A DNA stretch of 64,000 nucleotides from Ascidiella aspersa (Eukaryota): contig OZ004613.1 of NCBI GenBank assembly GCA_963924565.1, forward strand, positions 30,194,001 to 30,258,000, read 5' to 3'. Below are positions 1 through 14,290 of the stretch, piece by piece; positions within the stretch are counted from its first letter, which is position 1, and each line of letters starts with the position of its first letter. The translations under genes were made by a program, and so were the position numbers. The notes under the pieces were generated by a model that saw only the letters and a list, made by a program, of their open reading frames with translations, searched no databases and had not been told where the DNA came from.

Positions 1-187
1 TGGTTCAGAAATCATGGCTAAAATTTCCATATTCGTTTGATATCAGATCCGCACCGATTTCACCCTAGTTTTGAAAACTACAGATACAACCACTTAGCAT
101 CGGGCATTGTCTCTTATATTACAGAACATCTCTATTATACATGTAAATAAATGTTTAAAGCTTTATTACATAGTGCTTATTTTTCAG

Positions 188-3100
188 GCTCCGACCTGAA
201 GAAGCAAGAACAATGGGAAACGTTTAGCGATCGAACTTCGAGTTCAACTACACTCGCAAACTTCGACCAAGGCCCAGACTCCACTACTGTGAGTTTTTTC
301 ATTAAATGCACACATATATTACTGTATTACAGTTTGCTGCATTACCATTATCTTAAAGATGGAATTTTATACAGTCTCTTTTTATTTGTTTTATCCAGGA
401 CCACCTGCACCACCCGGTCCCTGTCCGTGTGACCCCGTCACGTCACCATGACAACTGGAGCCAGCTTGAAAACCCGACCGACTCACCGAAGTCGAAGGAC
501 GAAACGCTGGACGAGGAGTCGACCACTTCGTCGCCGCAAACTCGCAGCAAAGTAGTCACGAACCCGTACGGATTCCTGCGAAACGAACCGGACAGTGGAG
601 CTGATGATAGAGGTGGGTTTAAACTTGGTTTGTTGTGGTTGTTGGTTTTATGTAGAAGTGGATGTTGGATTCACTTTTATTTTCTGTGTATTACTTTTTT
701 AAACTTGCGGTTTTAGAATGATTGTGAGTTAATTCAAGATCCCAATATTACAAAAAGTAATTTTGACAAAAGACTGGACTTTGTTAGTTGACCTTTTTAT
801 TAGTTCAGCATTTTTAATGCCAAAGACTTGGACTTAGGCTTAACTTGATGTTCGTTTAAAATGCACTTGAGTAATAATATGATCCATTTGCAAGTTCACT
901 ATTATGTACACTGTACTACAGTGTACAGGTATTCCAAATTGTGTGTTGCAACTAAAACATTTCTAGAACCAATGACCATTTTGATTTTCAAAATTGAACC
1001 AATGACCATTTTTGATTTCAAAAAAATGGCATGATTTGGAAGATATACATGTTTAATAAACCATGTTTATTTGAGATTTAAAAAGCACTAATGCTACGTT
1101 AGCAACAGTTTATAAAAGGATAAGATCTATTTGGGTATGTTTAGATCATCTTAACAGATAATCTGAAAGACCTGTGTGAAAATTGGAAGGAAACCACAAG
1201 ATTTATTAGACCTTTTCCTTTTTTTTCTTGCAGAATGACTTTTTGTGACTCCTTTTAATACAATAAGGATATATTTTACCTTTTACATCGGTGAAAACTT
1301 TTAATCGGGTAGAATAAATGCATTATTATTTCTCAAGCCACCCAAATTGCAGTGTTTGAATAAGACTATAATGGACACTAACACGGTATTGAAATTTACC
1401 AATAAATTTTGTTTTGTGTCTTTAAACAACAAGATATTTTCTCCATCAATCAAAACCATCAATCAGGCAGCCATTGTAATTTCACTGCATTATGAAGGCA
1501 TCCCAATAACGATGTCTGAATAAAAGTAGCACACTCTTAACAGAAGATTAAAAAAAAACAGCAATAAATCTTGTTTTGTTTAGAACTAAAAACGTCTTCA
1601 TCGGATTCAACCGCACAAAATGCACAATCGGACGACAAACCATTCAGGAACCGGAGAATCAGGGGTGAGCATTGTTGGTCACAATTAGCATTGTTGTTTG
1701 GACAATGCAGAGGTTATGTATTCTTCCTTCCTAATATTGAACTGCAGGTCACCACATTTACGTACCTATCATTATTTAGGTTGAATCCAGGGTAAAGGAT
1801 ATGAGCAAGTGCAGTTTAGCCATTCATTGTTGCTATTATATTCTGAATAAGGAAGTACACTCACTCATCCAGGTTAACCAAAATATTTCAGGCAAGGGAA
1901 AAACCTATTCAAAATATTACGCAAGTAGTTTCTTTTTGGTGATTTTTTCTTTATGCCGGAACTGCCAAATTAAACTTCACTAAAACCTCTGCTTTACCTT
2001 TAAAAGTCAATGTTTACCACTTTTACTGGTGGATATTGTTGGTGAATGCAGGGCAGCAGTTTTATTACTTTGGTTGCCACCTTACAGAAACTATTAAAAC
2101 CTATGGACCCTGCTCATTAAAGAAAATCTTGATATGATTAATAGTTTGATGTGAGTGAACAGCTAAACAAACTAAAAAAAAGAGAGTTTGAGATTTTTGA
2201 TTTAGGCAGACTGTAGAAAACTTGCATTAAAAACCTTGAAATGTTTGCATTGAGGCTTTCAAAGTATTTAGATTTATTTGAACAGTTTGATGTCTTTAGA
2301 GCACAATGGCTGGAGGTTGTAGTAAGAATATCAAAGCCCATACAGAAGTAGAAAGCATTTTGTGAACGTTTCAAATAAATCTTAAGATAATAGTTGGAGG
2401 TTGTAGTTAGACGTAGAATGAATATCAAAGCCCATACAGAAGCGGGTAGCATTTTGGATCAAAAAATTTGTTTCAAATAAATCTTTATTCATTTTTAACA
2501 TGGTATTTCATGTCTGTTAATTTATTTACCACTTTAGATAAATAAACAAAATCAAACTGGAAAAAATTGCGCTTGACACAGTCAACATAAAACTTAAATA
2601 CAAAAAAACATAACCTTCTGCTCGGCACTAGATATTCCGACAATAAAAATTTTTATCATCTCAGCTCGGTCGCGCTCCAATTCCTCCGTCTCATCCACCA
2701 CATCCTCGGTTGCCACGAGCGACCGAACATCCGATGAGGACAGTTTCAAACACAACCAGGAACGATCGGACGTCGAGCATAGCGACTGGTCGTCCAGGCC
2801 CCTCAGACCCAGGTGTCGAGATTTAACTTCGCTGTTTTTAATTCTAGCTTTTGCATAGAACTTGTTAGGTGCAACATCTAACTTGTTATAAGGTTATGGA
2901 TAACTGCTGCCCTCGTAAAATATATGTTTTGTTTCAAAGAAGATTTTTGTGTTTCAACCTCTGTGCGAATACTTCTAAGTAATCTTGCATAAATCATACT
3001 ACTACAGCAAGTTGTGCTGTACCATTGTACTTCTCATATAAAGTTTCCAACCAGTTCCTAATGTTCTTTTGTTAAATCATAACTAGACAGTAAATTGTGC

Positions 3101-6100
3101 AATAAAGCACAACTTTTCAAAAATCTATAAATTCGACTTTTATTAATTTGGTTTTTATGTTAAATTTTAAAACTTTTATTTTAATTTGTAGCATTTGTAA
3201 AAACATTAAACTTCATATTAAACCATTCATTTTCCACTGTTTAGCTATTACACAAATGTGTTTCGCATGATTAAAAAACTTTTTGTCGTTTAGATCTGGG
3301 TCGAGTTCATCTATGGAGAGTGGTTCGGTCCCCCCTGCGACTGCCCCCCCTAACCCCACCACAGCTGCCCCGACACCCCCTCCCCGACCCCAGGTGCACC
3401 CCCAACACACCGCCTCACCCATACCAAAACCAAGACCTACAGTAACAGCCTCCAAGTCTAATGAAATCAAGGATGCAAAGATCATTGTGAAAGGTTGGTT
3501 AAATAGCATAAAAACATAGGAATCTTTAACGACAAATTGTATTAAAATCTTAGTAAGCTCTCGCACAACCGTAATAGCTCAAAAGCTTGTCAACACTGTA
3601 CAATTGGCCGTTTAGAGTGCCATCTGATTTCCAGATTTAGTATTAGCCAAACTGGTCTTCTAACAAAGATTAAAAAATATAAAAAGGCAGAACAATTTAT
3701 CTTTTGTACTAGCGCAGCTTCACGCCAAAAAAACAAGCTATGTTTGTATATATTATGAAAGCTTTCTCTTGTGAAGTGAAGGTATAATGTAGACGAGTGG
3801 TTCCTTTTGGTTAACCCTTTGATTAAAAGAACCTCACAAGTTCTTTCAAATAGCCCTAAAACCCATAGTTTACAACCACTTATCATGTCCAAATAGTTTC
3901 CTGATACTATATATTTTTGATATATTAGTTTTGCAGTATTTTTAAGTTTTGTTGAGAATGTTTTTTCTAATTAAATTGGTTTATGCATAAACAACAGTCT
4001 TACTTAGTGAACATATTGCATGTTGCTTGTTGTATTCAAATTACAGCGCGCTAACATTCCAGTAATTACAGCGCCACTGATTGACGTTTGTTCTTAGATT
4101 CTGAGAGGAGGTTAGACGGGCCAACGCCCCCTCCACGCCCACATCCAACAACCAATGTAAGCACATCTTTATCATTCTTTGCATTTCACTTGTTTTTGTG
4201 CTAAATTTCACAAAATTGCAAGATTTAAAGTTTGCCAAAATGTTTGGATTAAAGTCTGCAGTTATTTAATCTTAAACCCATTGTTATGATGCACAATTTG
4301 TAACAGATTGACTGTTATTGTACCTTGTTATTTAGATTATTTTAACGCCGTTATATCCTCGAGCAAGTTAATTGACACTTTACCTACCATGACTTAATTA
4401 CCTCGCCAATTAGCGCTAATATTAGCAACAAAGTAACTCGTATGCTATCCAAGTATGTAACACTAACAAATAGTAGAAAAAAGTTTGATTAAATTTGTTA
4501 CTGCTATCTATATCTTCCTTTTTAAATTATTTTTTACTTAAAACAAGAAAAGGGTATCGCGACTTTATACAAACTGATACGTAACTTGCTAACTTAACAT
4601 AATTTCTTAAAGCTAAAAACGCCAATATTGGCAGCATTTTCGGTAAAGCATTGTTGTGCAACCTTGTATTATGACGTCATACAGAGCAAGGGCGACAAGG
4701 ACGCGAAACAGACGCAAGAGTCGTTCGCCGACTTCAGCAATTTCAACAAAGCACCGGAAGCTAAAGTCGCCCAGGTCGAAAAAACGAAGGAAGTCGAAGT
4801 GAAAGTTGAGAAAGTTAAGGCGAAAGCACCGAAGGAGCCACCAGAGAAACCTGTACCAGCACCAAGACCACAAAGTAAGGTTCTAGATCACTAAGCGATG
4901 ATTTATAAGCTTTAATTAACAATTTTTAGTTTGAATTTTCATATGCATATCTTGTTTTGTAATTGAGATTGTAATAAAGTTCAATCAAATATGAGATCAC
5001 AAAATCGCACCAAATTTTCCCAAATATTTCAATTACTTCAGAAAGCCCTTATCACTTTTCTTAAATGAACGCTATAATTTGCCCAAAAGTCAATAAACTT
5101 CCTTTTCACTCTATGTTAATACTCGATTTTTTCTACATTTGTAGAAGAAGCAGCAAAAGCGGCTGAAACACCAGAAAGCGATAGCAAAGACCTCGAAGCT
5201 GACAAAATGCACGGGAAGAAGGTATTTATGGTTGAAATCAAACTAAATAAGGCATAAGTGTAATATTGCTCAATGAAGATAATGCTGATTTCGCGGGATG
5301 TTTTAAATAAATCATAGCATAAATATTACATTTGTCGTAGTTGTGTTATACTGTTAATTGCTTTAAAAGATCTATTGTTATTTGGAGGAAATTAACTGCA
5401 AAATTCTTTTGTGTTAGATTTTTTTAAAGAGTCTTTAACAAGTTAACAATGGTTAATTCGGCAACCGAAAAACAAACGTGGAACCATAATTTCCGTATAC
5501 CTAGAAAATTCATAAAGTGCTAGTTACTTTGTTTAACTCTTTCCCAACCTTTTTTACACCGTACCCCCTTTGGAAATTTTTAAGGAATTAATGGCCCCTA
5601 TTTTTTTTTAAATTCGGAAAAAAAATTAAGAAACGTCATTCTAATTAAAAAACTGGTTTATACAGTACCCAATAGTTAGAAAAAAAACCTAGGGGGCCAT
5701 GGCCCACAGGTTGGGCCCTGGTTTACCGAATTAAAATTGTTTTAATTGTAAATCCCCCTAAAATTAAAGAATTTTTTAATTCAAGCATTAAAATCGGTAC
5801 TTATTTTATTTTTGCCGTGCCTTGATTTAAATATGTTACCCCAGGCGCCGGTTAAGCCACCCCGGTCGCGAGTTCTTAGCTCTGAGGTTTGCAAACCCGA
5901 ACCGATGGTTAACACGTTGAGGATACGAGGGAGTGAAGAAACGACCATAGCACCAGCTCCTAAACAAGGGTGAGTTGTAGGGTTTGTGGTAAACTAGGCT
6001 GTTCATTAATATGTTCCGAAATTATGGGAGCGAAGTTACACGACTACAATGTATGTAAATATTCACCCCACTGTTTCACTTTTTTGCAGAGAAAAATGCT

Positions 6101-6638
6101 AGTTTTAAGATTAAATTAAGCTCTACATTCGAACTATTTTTAAAATGGACAAAATTAGTTGGCCAGTTTATGCAACGCCTTAAATTGGGAGTAATATGTA
6201 GTTTGTAGCCTAATAGTACGCAGTTGATTTTTTTTTAAACTCTAATTATATAGCTTAAGTTATTTAAATTAATTTAAATTATTAGGCTTGACTGGGATTT
6301 ATTTTTTTATATTTTGTCAACGAAATATCTTGTCTTAACGACATTTTTCCGCGTTTTAAGACCCCCCTGGCAAAATTTGGCTAAAGTTTAAATGATTTAA
6401 GGTATTGTGATCGTCACCAATGCAACACTTTTAACGTACCATTACAAATACCTTGGTATGCACACACAGATCGAACCGAAACAAAAGCGAACTCCAATCC
6501 ACGATTCGTGAGCTCAAGAACCGCAACACGCAACTCACGAGGTTAAACGGTGACCTTCAACAGCAGCTCAAGGACGTGATGCAGACCAGAATCACGGTCG
6601 AAATGACGATTCACCAGATGAGACCTTTCACGCAATGA
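188..6638 (+). CDS. REPS1: RalBP1-associated Eps domain-containing protein (REPS1/REPS2 homolog), 3' portion; 5' exons lie before the window
   Basis: Ten phase-consistent GT-AG exons: 188-288, 399-612, 1584-1664, 2665-2812, 3294-3493, 4098-4156, 4685-4874, 5145-5221, 5845-5969, 6470-6638 (TGA). Motifs match REPS1 as recalled: EQWETFSDRTSSSTTLANFD, HPVPVRVTPS, PPPRP repeats, FADFSNF, and the C-terminal coiled coil [35 protein letters not shown] (REPS1: [35 protein letters not shown]). Confidence 0.9.
2305..2456 (+). repeat. interspersed repeat family A (~85 bp unit), two tandem units
   Basis: Consensus tggaggttgtagttagacgtagaatgaatatcaaagcccatacagaagtaggtagcattttgaacgtttcgaata. Other copies near 7570, 9060, 19490, 21470, 30370, 31140, 37741, 50795, 55790, 57526 and 60090. 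Confidence 0.85.
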
Positions 6639-9600
6639 TAGCTCTTACGGCGTGATGGAAATCATCTATATCTAAGCACTCACGATCGCAACTTTTCATA
6701 TGAAAACGGTCACGCGTCACGGCAACTCATGAAACACAAGAGTGATGCTCATTCATCACGATCACATGAAAAACAGTATTTTTTTTATAAAATCCAAAAC
6801 TACCCGCAGCATAATGGCTGAAAAATTTATCATAAATGCTAAGAAAAAAATTAAAGTAAGGTTGCACAGGAGAATTTAACGTTTTAAATTAACTTTTTCC
6901 AACCATTATATTCACTTCTCACGAGCTTTTGTATTTATTCTATATTATTACCAGAAAAACTTATTTTTATTAAATCTTTTCTTTTAATAATAATCAGACC
7001 CTGCATCAAAATCCGTTGCACCTAATCGCAATATTTAACACGCACAGAACCTTTAATCCAACAGCACTTTAAACAATTTGCTTTATAAGCCAATAAATAT
7101 AGTCTCTTACTTGTATTACTTTAATTGTACAGAAAGATTAAACCAACAGAAATCCCAATACTTAGACCACTGAAGAGGCTACCTCACACCACAGACCGCG
7201 TATAAAAATAAACTGCGATCTTATACACAAAATTTCCACTCATTCCTTTTCAAGCCGCTTTCTTTCGATTCGAAATTGAACGCAAAACGACTCTATGGTG
7301 CATTTTTGTAAAGTTATTTCATGTTGCAGAAATCGTAGTGTTCAATATAACGGTCCTCTTGTAATTTACTGGATCGAAAAAGTGGTTTAAACCGTTTTGC
7401 AAAAAGGTTTAATGCCAGCTGTTCTGAACGCATACCCGTTCGTTCTGTGCAAACCCCTTCCAACAAATCAAAACGGTCGATTTTTAGATGTAGTAAGAAT
7501 ATTATGGTCCGTATAGAATGAGGTAGCATTTTGAATATTTCATTTATGATGTTAGAATGTTGAATGAGTTATTCGAAACGCTCAAAATGCTTCCTACTTC
7601 TGTATGGGCTTTGATATTCTTACTACACCTCACTACAACCTCCAACCATTAGCTCCAAAATATGTTTCATGTTTCAACAGCAAATGCCAACCGTCTAGCA
7701 CCAGTTTTATTAATTTCCTGTCTTGCCACAAATCAATCGCATGTCTTAAAAAGATCACTTCAGTTTAAAACGTCAAAAGTTCACTGATGCGCTAACTTGC
7801 CCTACATACTTGGTCCAACTTGGACGTAATCAAGCTAAACTGTTGCCCAAAGTCATTAAAATGTGCTTAAGTGTGGCGTTCTAGTGCGTTTCTATGTTGA
7901 AGTGCGAGAGAGATCTTTATTTGCGTTTTGTTGTATTTTTCCGAGAAATTCTATAGTTGTGTTTTCATCTTTTCAGCAGTGGCGTGAAGAAATGTCCGAT
8001 ATTTAAACCCTTTTTCCGATGCCCGATATTATGGAGAAAAAGTATCGCCGATACCAAATGACGTCATTACTACTGTGCTCAAACAATCAAAATAGATAAA
8101 ATTGATTAAACGATCATTTGGCTAAAATTTTCTTTAGCATTAAGAAGTAAATACATTTTCAAATTTGAATCGCAATTTCTGGCTAAAATTCTTTATTGAT
8201 TTGGTAATATATGTTGACACCGATATTTCCACTTGGCATCAAGTATCTGATACGACACAAAGATCATGCTGTTGCAGTTTTCAACCTTTTGAGTAAACGT
8301 ATATTTTCACACACACATTTTCTTGCGACTTACTGCGCTCTAAAGGTCGCATAGGCCGTTACCACTTCACTCAACCTGTGTGTGATATTTATTATTGAAA
8401 GACCACAACGTCCATTAAAAAGCTGCTGATGATTTCCACCATTTATTAGACTTATTACGCAAATGTGACGCTAATTATGCATTTATCTTTCCCTAATAAT
8501 TCGTCTTTAACATTTACCCTGTCTAACGTTCATATTTCGGAATAGAAAACGTTCAAAATACGTACAAACAAAAGTAGAATTATGTCCCACTTAATATCAT
8601 GGTCAAATGGTGACAGCTGGTAATTCAACTAAAATGCGGCGAACACAATATGTGACGTTAAAAGCGCCTTAATATTTCGCAGCGACGAAATAATACACTT
8701 CGCAGCGACGAAATAATACATATTTCCGAAGGTTGTTTATGACTAATTGTTCGCATAATTCTGATGACAACCGATGTGTTAATTTGCCCGCATATCGTCG
8801 TCCTGTAGTCACGTAGTTTCCGTGTGTTTTGTGAATTGTGTTTTGCTGCCATGCGTTTGTACACAGCAACATTTTGTCGCCGCTACTGTTTCCATTTCTT
8901 GTTATTATTAACCTGTCGTCGTTCGGCTTTGCTTGGTGGAAAACGCGAATGCAGGCAAAATAAAAAAAATATTTTTATTACCAGCGCTTTTAATTCTTCT
9001 ATTTAAAAAGATTCGGAACAATATTTTTTTAAGACCAATGGTCAAAATAGAATGAAAGCATTACAGAAGTAGGTTGAATTTTCAACGTTTCGAATAGGTT
9101 TTTATAAAATAATATTCACAAAATGCCACCTACTTCTGTGTGGGCTTTGGCAGTCATTTTCTACGTCCAACAATTATACCAAAATATTTATAATTATTTT
9201 CGCCTGTAAGTCTAGAACTATATGCAGGTAGCAATCCCAAGATATCGTTCTTGACGTTATACATGTATCTTCAGCAGTCTTTAAAAAGTACGAATTTTTA
9301 CTTTAAAAAAAAAAAACAACGATCTTGCAAATCTGTGCATTATGCTAGTGACCTAAAAATAAATCAGCTTTTTTTGAAACACAAAACAACTTGCCCAGAA
9401 TCATGTTAAATTTGGCGTATTTAGTGTGGTGATTTTTCTTGTTTTTTTCAATTGTCAAAATACAGGAAACCAGATTCGTCAGAAGCCATTTATTTGTAAA
9501 AAACACCACCAAGGAAACAGCGATTAAAACAAAACATTGACAACAATAGGGTTTCTTTTGCATAGGGAGATAACAACGCTAGGCATTTGGTTGCAGGCAT

Positions 9601-10798
9601 CAGATAGGCAAAAATATTCAAAGCCCAATAAGGACAATAATGATGTCAATTTGAAATATTCAGCTTTAGTACTGCAGGATAAAATAGCCTAATCTCTTTT
9701 GGAGATGCCTTAAAAATGTTTTTACTAGATAATGCTATGGCGTATTATTCTGTTAGTTTTTCATGTTTATCAACCAGCAGTCTTAAATGATAAGATCAAT
9801 AAGCCTAAAAATATTAATTTTCCATGCACATTAGAAGGACATATTAAGCATACGAAAAATTGATTTAAATAAATGACTGAAATTTTTAGGATTTTTTTAA
9901 AATGACTAAAAACACTGCAACATGGTAACTGAAATCATTATATAGCAATAACAGAGCTAGTATTTATTCAGTGAAATTAAACTCTGGTTGTAATTTAAAG
10001 GGTTGGGCATATTTTACCTTATAATATTGAACAAATATGGCATATATGTTTCAATGGATTGCTTCATATAGGTGGCAAAAATAAAGAAAATTTTAGATGC
10101 ATAATTTTTCTCTACATTAACCATGAAGTAATGCAGCTTGTTGAATCCAATGAGGTTTAAAACTTTCAATCAAGTATGTTTATAAAAAGGTAAAAAGTAG
10201 CTACAATTAAACTCCCAAAAAATGAAAAGCCACCATATCGAACAGAACACATTTATACACAAAAAAACTTCCACAGATTGATGCAAATGTTAAAAGTTTA
10301 GACAACCACTGGTATAAACTGATGATGCATATTGCATTTTAAATTCCTATGTTTTCAAGACTTAATACTATTAGTCAAGGTCACCTTCATAATGCCTTTT
10401 TTTAATCCTTTAACTTTTATGCAGTGTCATTAATCCGTAAGCAGGCAGATTGGTAGATCATTGGAATATTGGAAGTAAAAATACAATAACTAGCCAGTAG
10501 AGCTGCTTCACCAATGCATTTTAAGGCGAGGGCCTAACCCTGTTTCCCATTAAACTTAACCACCATGGTGAGATGACACCAAAGCAAGCAAGTTCCACAC
10601 CACCATACAAATGCCCCTTTTATCAAATGTTCAAAGTATAACTAAATTTCACCGAAATTGTGCATATTCGGTTGCATTTGTGGCCGAACATAGGTAAGAT
10701 TGCACACGCTTTGAATAAGATGAACAAAATCTTCCGTTTTTGTCAAATTTGAAACATGTTGATTGAAATATAGACTAGAGGTATTTTTTTTATTCGTT

Positions 10799-13640
10799 TC
10801 ATAAATCCCTTGCATCCGTAATATCCTCTGGTAGTCTCACTGTCATCCCATCCATTTCTTTGGTTATGTGAATTTGACAGCCAAGCCTAGACCTTTGATT
10901 TAAAGAGATGTTTAATTAGTAAAAGTATTCTTAAAAAAATAAATCATTTTTGAGTAATGCTTGAAGATCAGGGTATTCAATTAGACTGAGCAAATGTCCA
11001 GACACAGAATTTCAATCGAGCTAGTTACTGAGGTTACTTATTTTTAAACAAAGCCAATGATGCAATATTTCTTGTATACAGAATCAATTTTCAGTTCATA
11101 TGAAATTGAATTTTCCATTTTCTTCGGGAAAGTCGTTGTTGGCCAACAAAATACCTTTGATATATTGAACAAACATTACGGTCCAAGGTACAAAAGATCA
11201 AAACACAGAACACTGAAAGCCATCGCAGAGTCGCTGAATCTGTCAAATGATCTAAGCAAGTTTTCTAGCCTGCAACTTGCTTGCATCATTATCGACAAAT
11301 TCTGTGAGTCTGCGATGGCTTACGGTGTACTATGAAACGTAAGCCATAATCGTTGGTCAAAAAGCAGCTCCAGAAGAGCTAGATCACAGTTGAAGGCATA
11401 TGGGTGTGTATCTTTCATTGAACGCAGAACACTTAGTCTCGGTATAGACCATATATAGGCAAACATGCAACAAATACTGCCAGTCCTTACTACAAATAAA
11501 TTTGTTGAACATACGTTTCAGTCAATCCGCAGGCAAGGTCCAACATATCGACTTCATCCATCAGTGGTTCTTCAAGCTTATCATACATTTCTTCGTCGAA
11601 AATAATATGGCAGGTGGAACAAGCAACTGTTCCTTCACAAACACCTGTCACAAAATGCCAGTGTTGTAATGACTTGAGTCAATAACTTGACTTCACATAT
11701 TTCCTTGCTAAAAGTTGTGTTTCAGGTTATTTTTTAGTGAAGTTATTGCTCATAATGAGGCGATTTACCTATTGTAATTTATTTAAACGCTTAATTTTGA
11801 TACCAAGGACTTGACTTGGGAATTGACTTGCTCCAATTATGACTGGGACTCGACTTGTTATTTATTCATGCTTGACTTGGACTTCAGTCATTTCAAAAAG
11901 ACTTGTTTACAACAAAGTTGCTAAATACTGCATTGGAGGTTTTTCTTGAGTTTGACTAACTTTGACGAAACATGCAAATTTTTTCTACAAATTGCTTCTA
12001 CAACATACTTAACGCACATAGAGGCATGGTAATTGATTACAAGAGTGTTAAACATGACATCCATGGATAACGCAACAAATTAAATCAAAATTTGGGGTTT
12101 TGTTTATTTATAACAATTAAATAACGAAATTTGGGCCACGTATTTTGTTTTCCAGACATTTTAGGTTTTGTTTATTTACAACATTTTCTAGTTGTTCTAT
12201 AGGAATACACAAGTTATCCTTTTATAATCTGTCTAAATACAAAAAATTTTGGTTACCACTACTTTTTATGGCATTGAAAGAAAAGTGCAAAAATATTTTA
12301 AGGACATTGATGCTTTACTTTATATGCATTGAAGTCAAAATAAAAACAAATTTCATGGCTTATTTTTTTTATTTTTTGACAACCCCATTTTTTATGTAAC
12401 ACATTTGTATGTAAGAAAAAAAATCGTTGTTACTTTTCTGACTAGCTTGTATTGTCTTGTACAGAAACCTGTTACAGCCTAAAAACTCTAGATTTCCTGC
12501 TAGCAACCATTCTAAAATAAACTAATTTCAGTTGTAATCAATGCATAACAACGTACCATATGATTCGAAGTCAAGCTGATTGTCGATAACCATGTCCAAA
12601 ATTGAATCGTCAATTGAAGCTTTTACTGTGTGTGTCTTCCGATGCCTGTCCACAATGTTTATTGTCACTCTGCAAATAATGATCGTTTAATATTTTTTAC
12701 CAAACTAGCTTATGAACATTTGTCAATTTAGGTAACGGCTTGGCAAATGATTCACTGTTTACAGAATTGCTGTAAATTGTGTTTAAGTTGGGTTTCAAAA
12801 ATTTGCTTAGTTAGCTTATATCTCTGCATTCCATGACAATTTTTGACGATTCTTAATATGCAATAATAAGTGTTGAGGGATGCAACCACATGGTTATGTT
12901 AACATGTCATGAAAATTTAAACTTGTGTGCTATTACTAAATTACTCATATATACCTAAAGTTCCTTTAAAAACCATGTGTAGGTTATTTATTTTCCCATA
13001 TTTATTTATTTATTGCAATTTCAATTTTTTTTATTAATTTTTTAGTTACTGTAAAAAAGTTGTAGGATTGTAGACCAACGTCCAGCTTTTATCACAATTT
13101 ATGTGCGCAATATACAAATTCGGGTTTGCACACAAATGTATTTAAAAAAATTATTGCATGTGCAACTTCCACAAAAATGCAATTGTGCTAATTAAGTTTT
13201 GGCGCTGGTCTAGAATCCTTCCACATTTCTTTTAACATTTACAACGTGGTCAAAGTTGAAATTGTAAGGAAGGCATATAAATATGTAAGAATAAATATAA
13301 TAATAATACTTGACCCACCCAAACCAAAAGGCTAACTTTCACTCTAACCCAAATATTGTTAGCAATATAAACCCCGGACGAAAATGTGGTAGGATTCTAG
13401 ACCAGCGCCGAAGTTTATAAACATAGAATGCCTTTGCCACAACAATTCTACTTACTTGTCTACACATAGCACAGGTGCAGTATGTAACATTTTCAATGAT
13501 AATTGCGACGTCAATGAAGTATTGCATTTGTACAGCAATGCTTTGCTTAAACTTGGATTAAAAGGATTCTTTTTCATCGCAAATGAGCTTGTGCCAATCC
13601 GTTTGGCATTTACCCACAGATGCTTCCAACGACACAACAT
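10799..13640 (-). CDS. FDX1: Mitochondrial adrenodoxin-type [2Fe-2S] ferredoxin (FDX1-like), 173 aa, 4 coding exons
   Basis: Exons 13640-13456 (basic, Ser/Leu-rich targeting peptide), 12669-12557 (VTINIVDR...[10 protein letters not shown]), 11644-11515 ([18 protein letters not shown]...[15 protein letters not shown]) and 10892-10799 ([30 protein letters not shown]). All four cluster Cys are present and splice phases are consistent. The DFESYG spacing before CEG resembles FDX1 rather than FDX2. Confidence 0.92.
11659..11917. mobile_element. MITE family B (TIR CAGTGTTGTAA; internal gacttgact repeats) in FDX1 intron 2
   Basis: Starts cagtgttgtaatgacttgagtcaataacttgac and ends gacttgtttacaaca; related copies at 52021-52454, 57791-58220 and a fragment at 23830-23912. 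Confidence 0.7.
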
Positions 13641-14239
13641 TTTTGAATTGCAACTTTTACATTAGGTTAGAATTCAATAACATTAAATAATTACCTATAT
13701 GTTCAAATTGTCCTAACTTTTAAAAAAAATTGGTTAAAATATAGCAAGATTTAACTTCACAACCGCAATTAGTTTAAAATTGCTCTTTTTTACAAAGGTT
13801 TTAGTAAGGTCGTTAACACTTATCACGTTGCAGCAAATCCTCATTAACTTATTGTTATGCGATCACATGCTTGCTAGTAAGCTATTAATAAACGATAATT
13901 AAGTCGAGAAACGGACTGAGCAACTAAGAATAAATCTCTTGACTGCCTAACATCACACTTGAGTCTTAGAAACCTTTATGACACTTAACTTTAAATTTGT
14001 AGAAAGAAAATCTACAAATCGCCAAATTACATAAATTTGTCCTTCAAAAGTTGCGTGTTAAACCAAACAATGTTTCATCATTATGGTTTCACATATTTCC
14101 AATATAAATTCATTAAATTATTAGCAAAAGAATTAAAAATAAAAATCATACTTAATTCAATATTAACGTTGGCCTTTATTTTATTTCTTTGCAAATTAAC
14201 TTTTCTAAAAAACGCAATTTAAATAATAGAAACGTTAAT

Positions 14240-14290
14240 TCCACGCCTGGGTGATTTCGTCTCCTAGGAGTCGGCGTCCCTCGCAGCTGA
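14240..14290. promoter_or_regulatory. candidate bidirectional promoter core between FDX1 and the uncharacterised gene, with X-box-like palindrome
   Basis: The most GC/CpG-rich patch between the two head-to-head ATGs (13640 and 14875); GTCTCCTAGGAGTC at 14259-14272. Confidence 0.45.

Noticed and set aside
2138-2452. ORFs starting MLP(A/T)SVWALI (also 37907, 50773, 55719)
   Set aside because: Translations of the non-coding family A repeat; no transposase or other protein motif.
3213-3566. 117-aa - strand Gly/Val-rich ORF
   Set aside because: Antisense shadow of the Pro-rich REPS exon.
11659-11917. gacttgact periodic repeats as a CRISPR-like array
   Set aside because: Eukaryotic context, irregular spacing, and bounded by TIRs, so it is a MITE.
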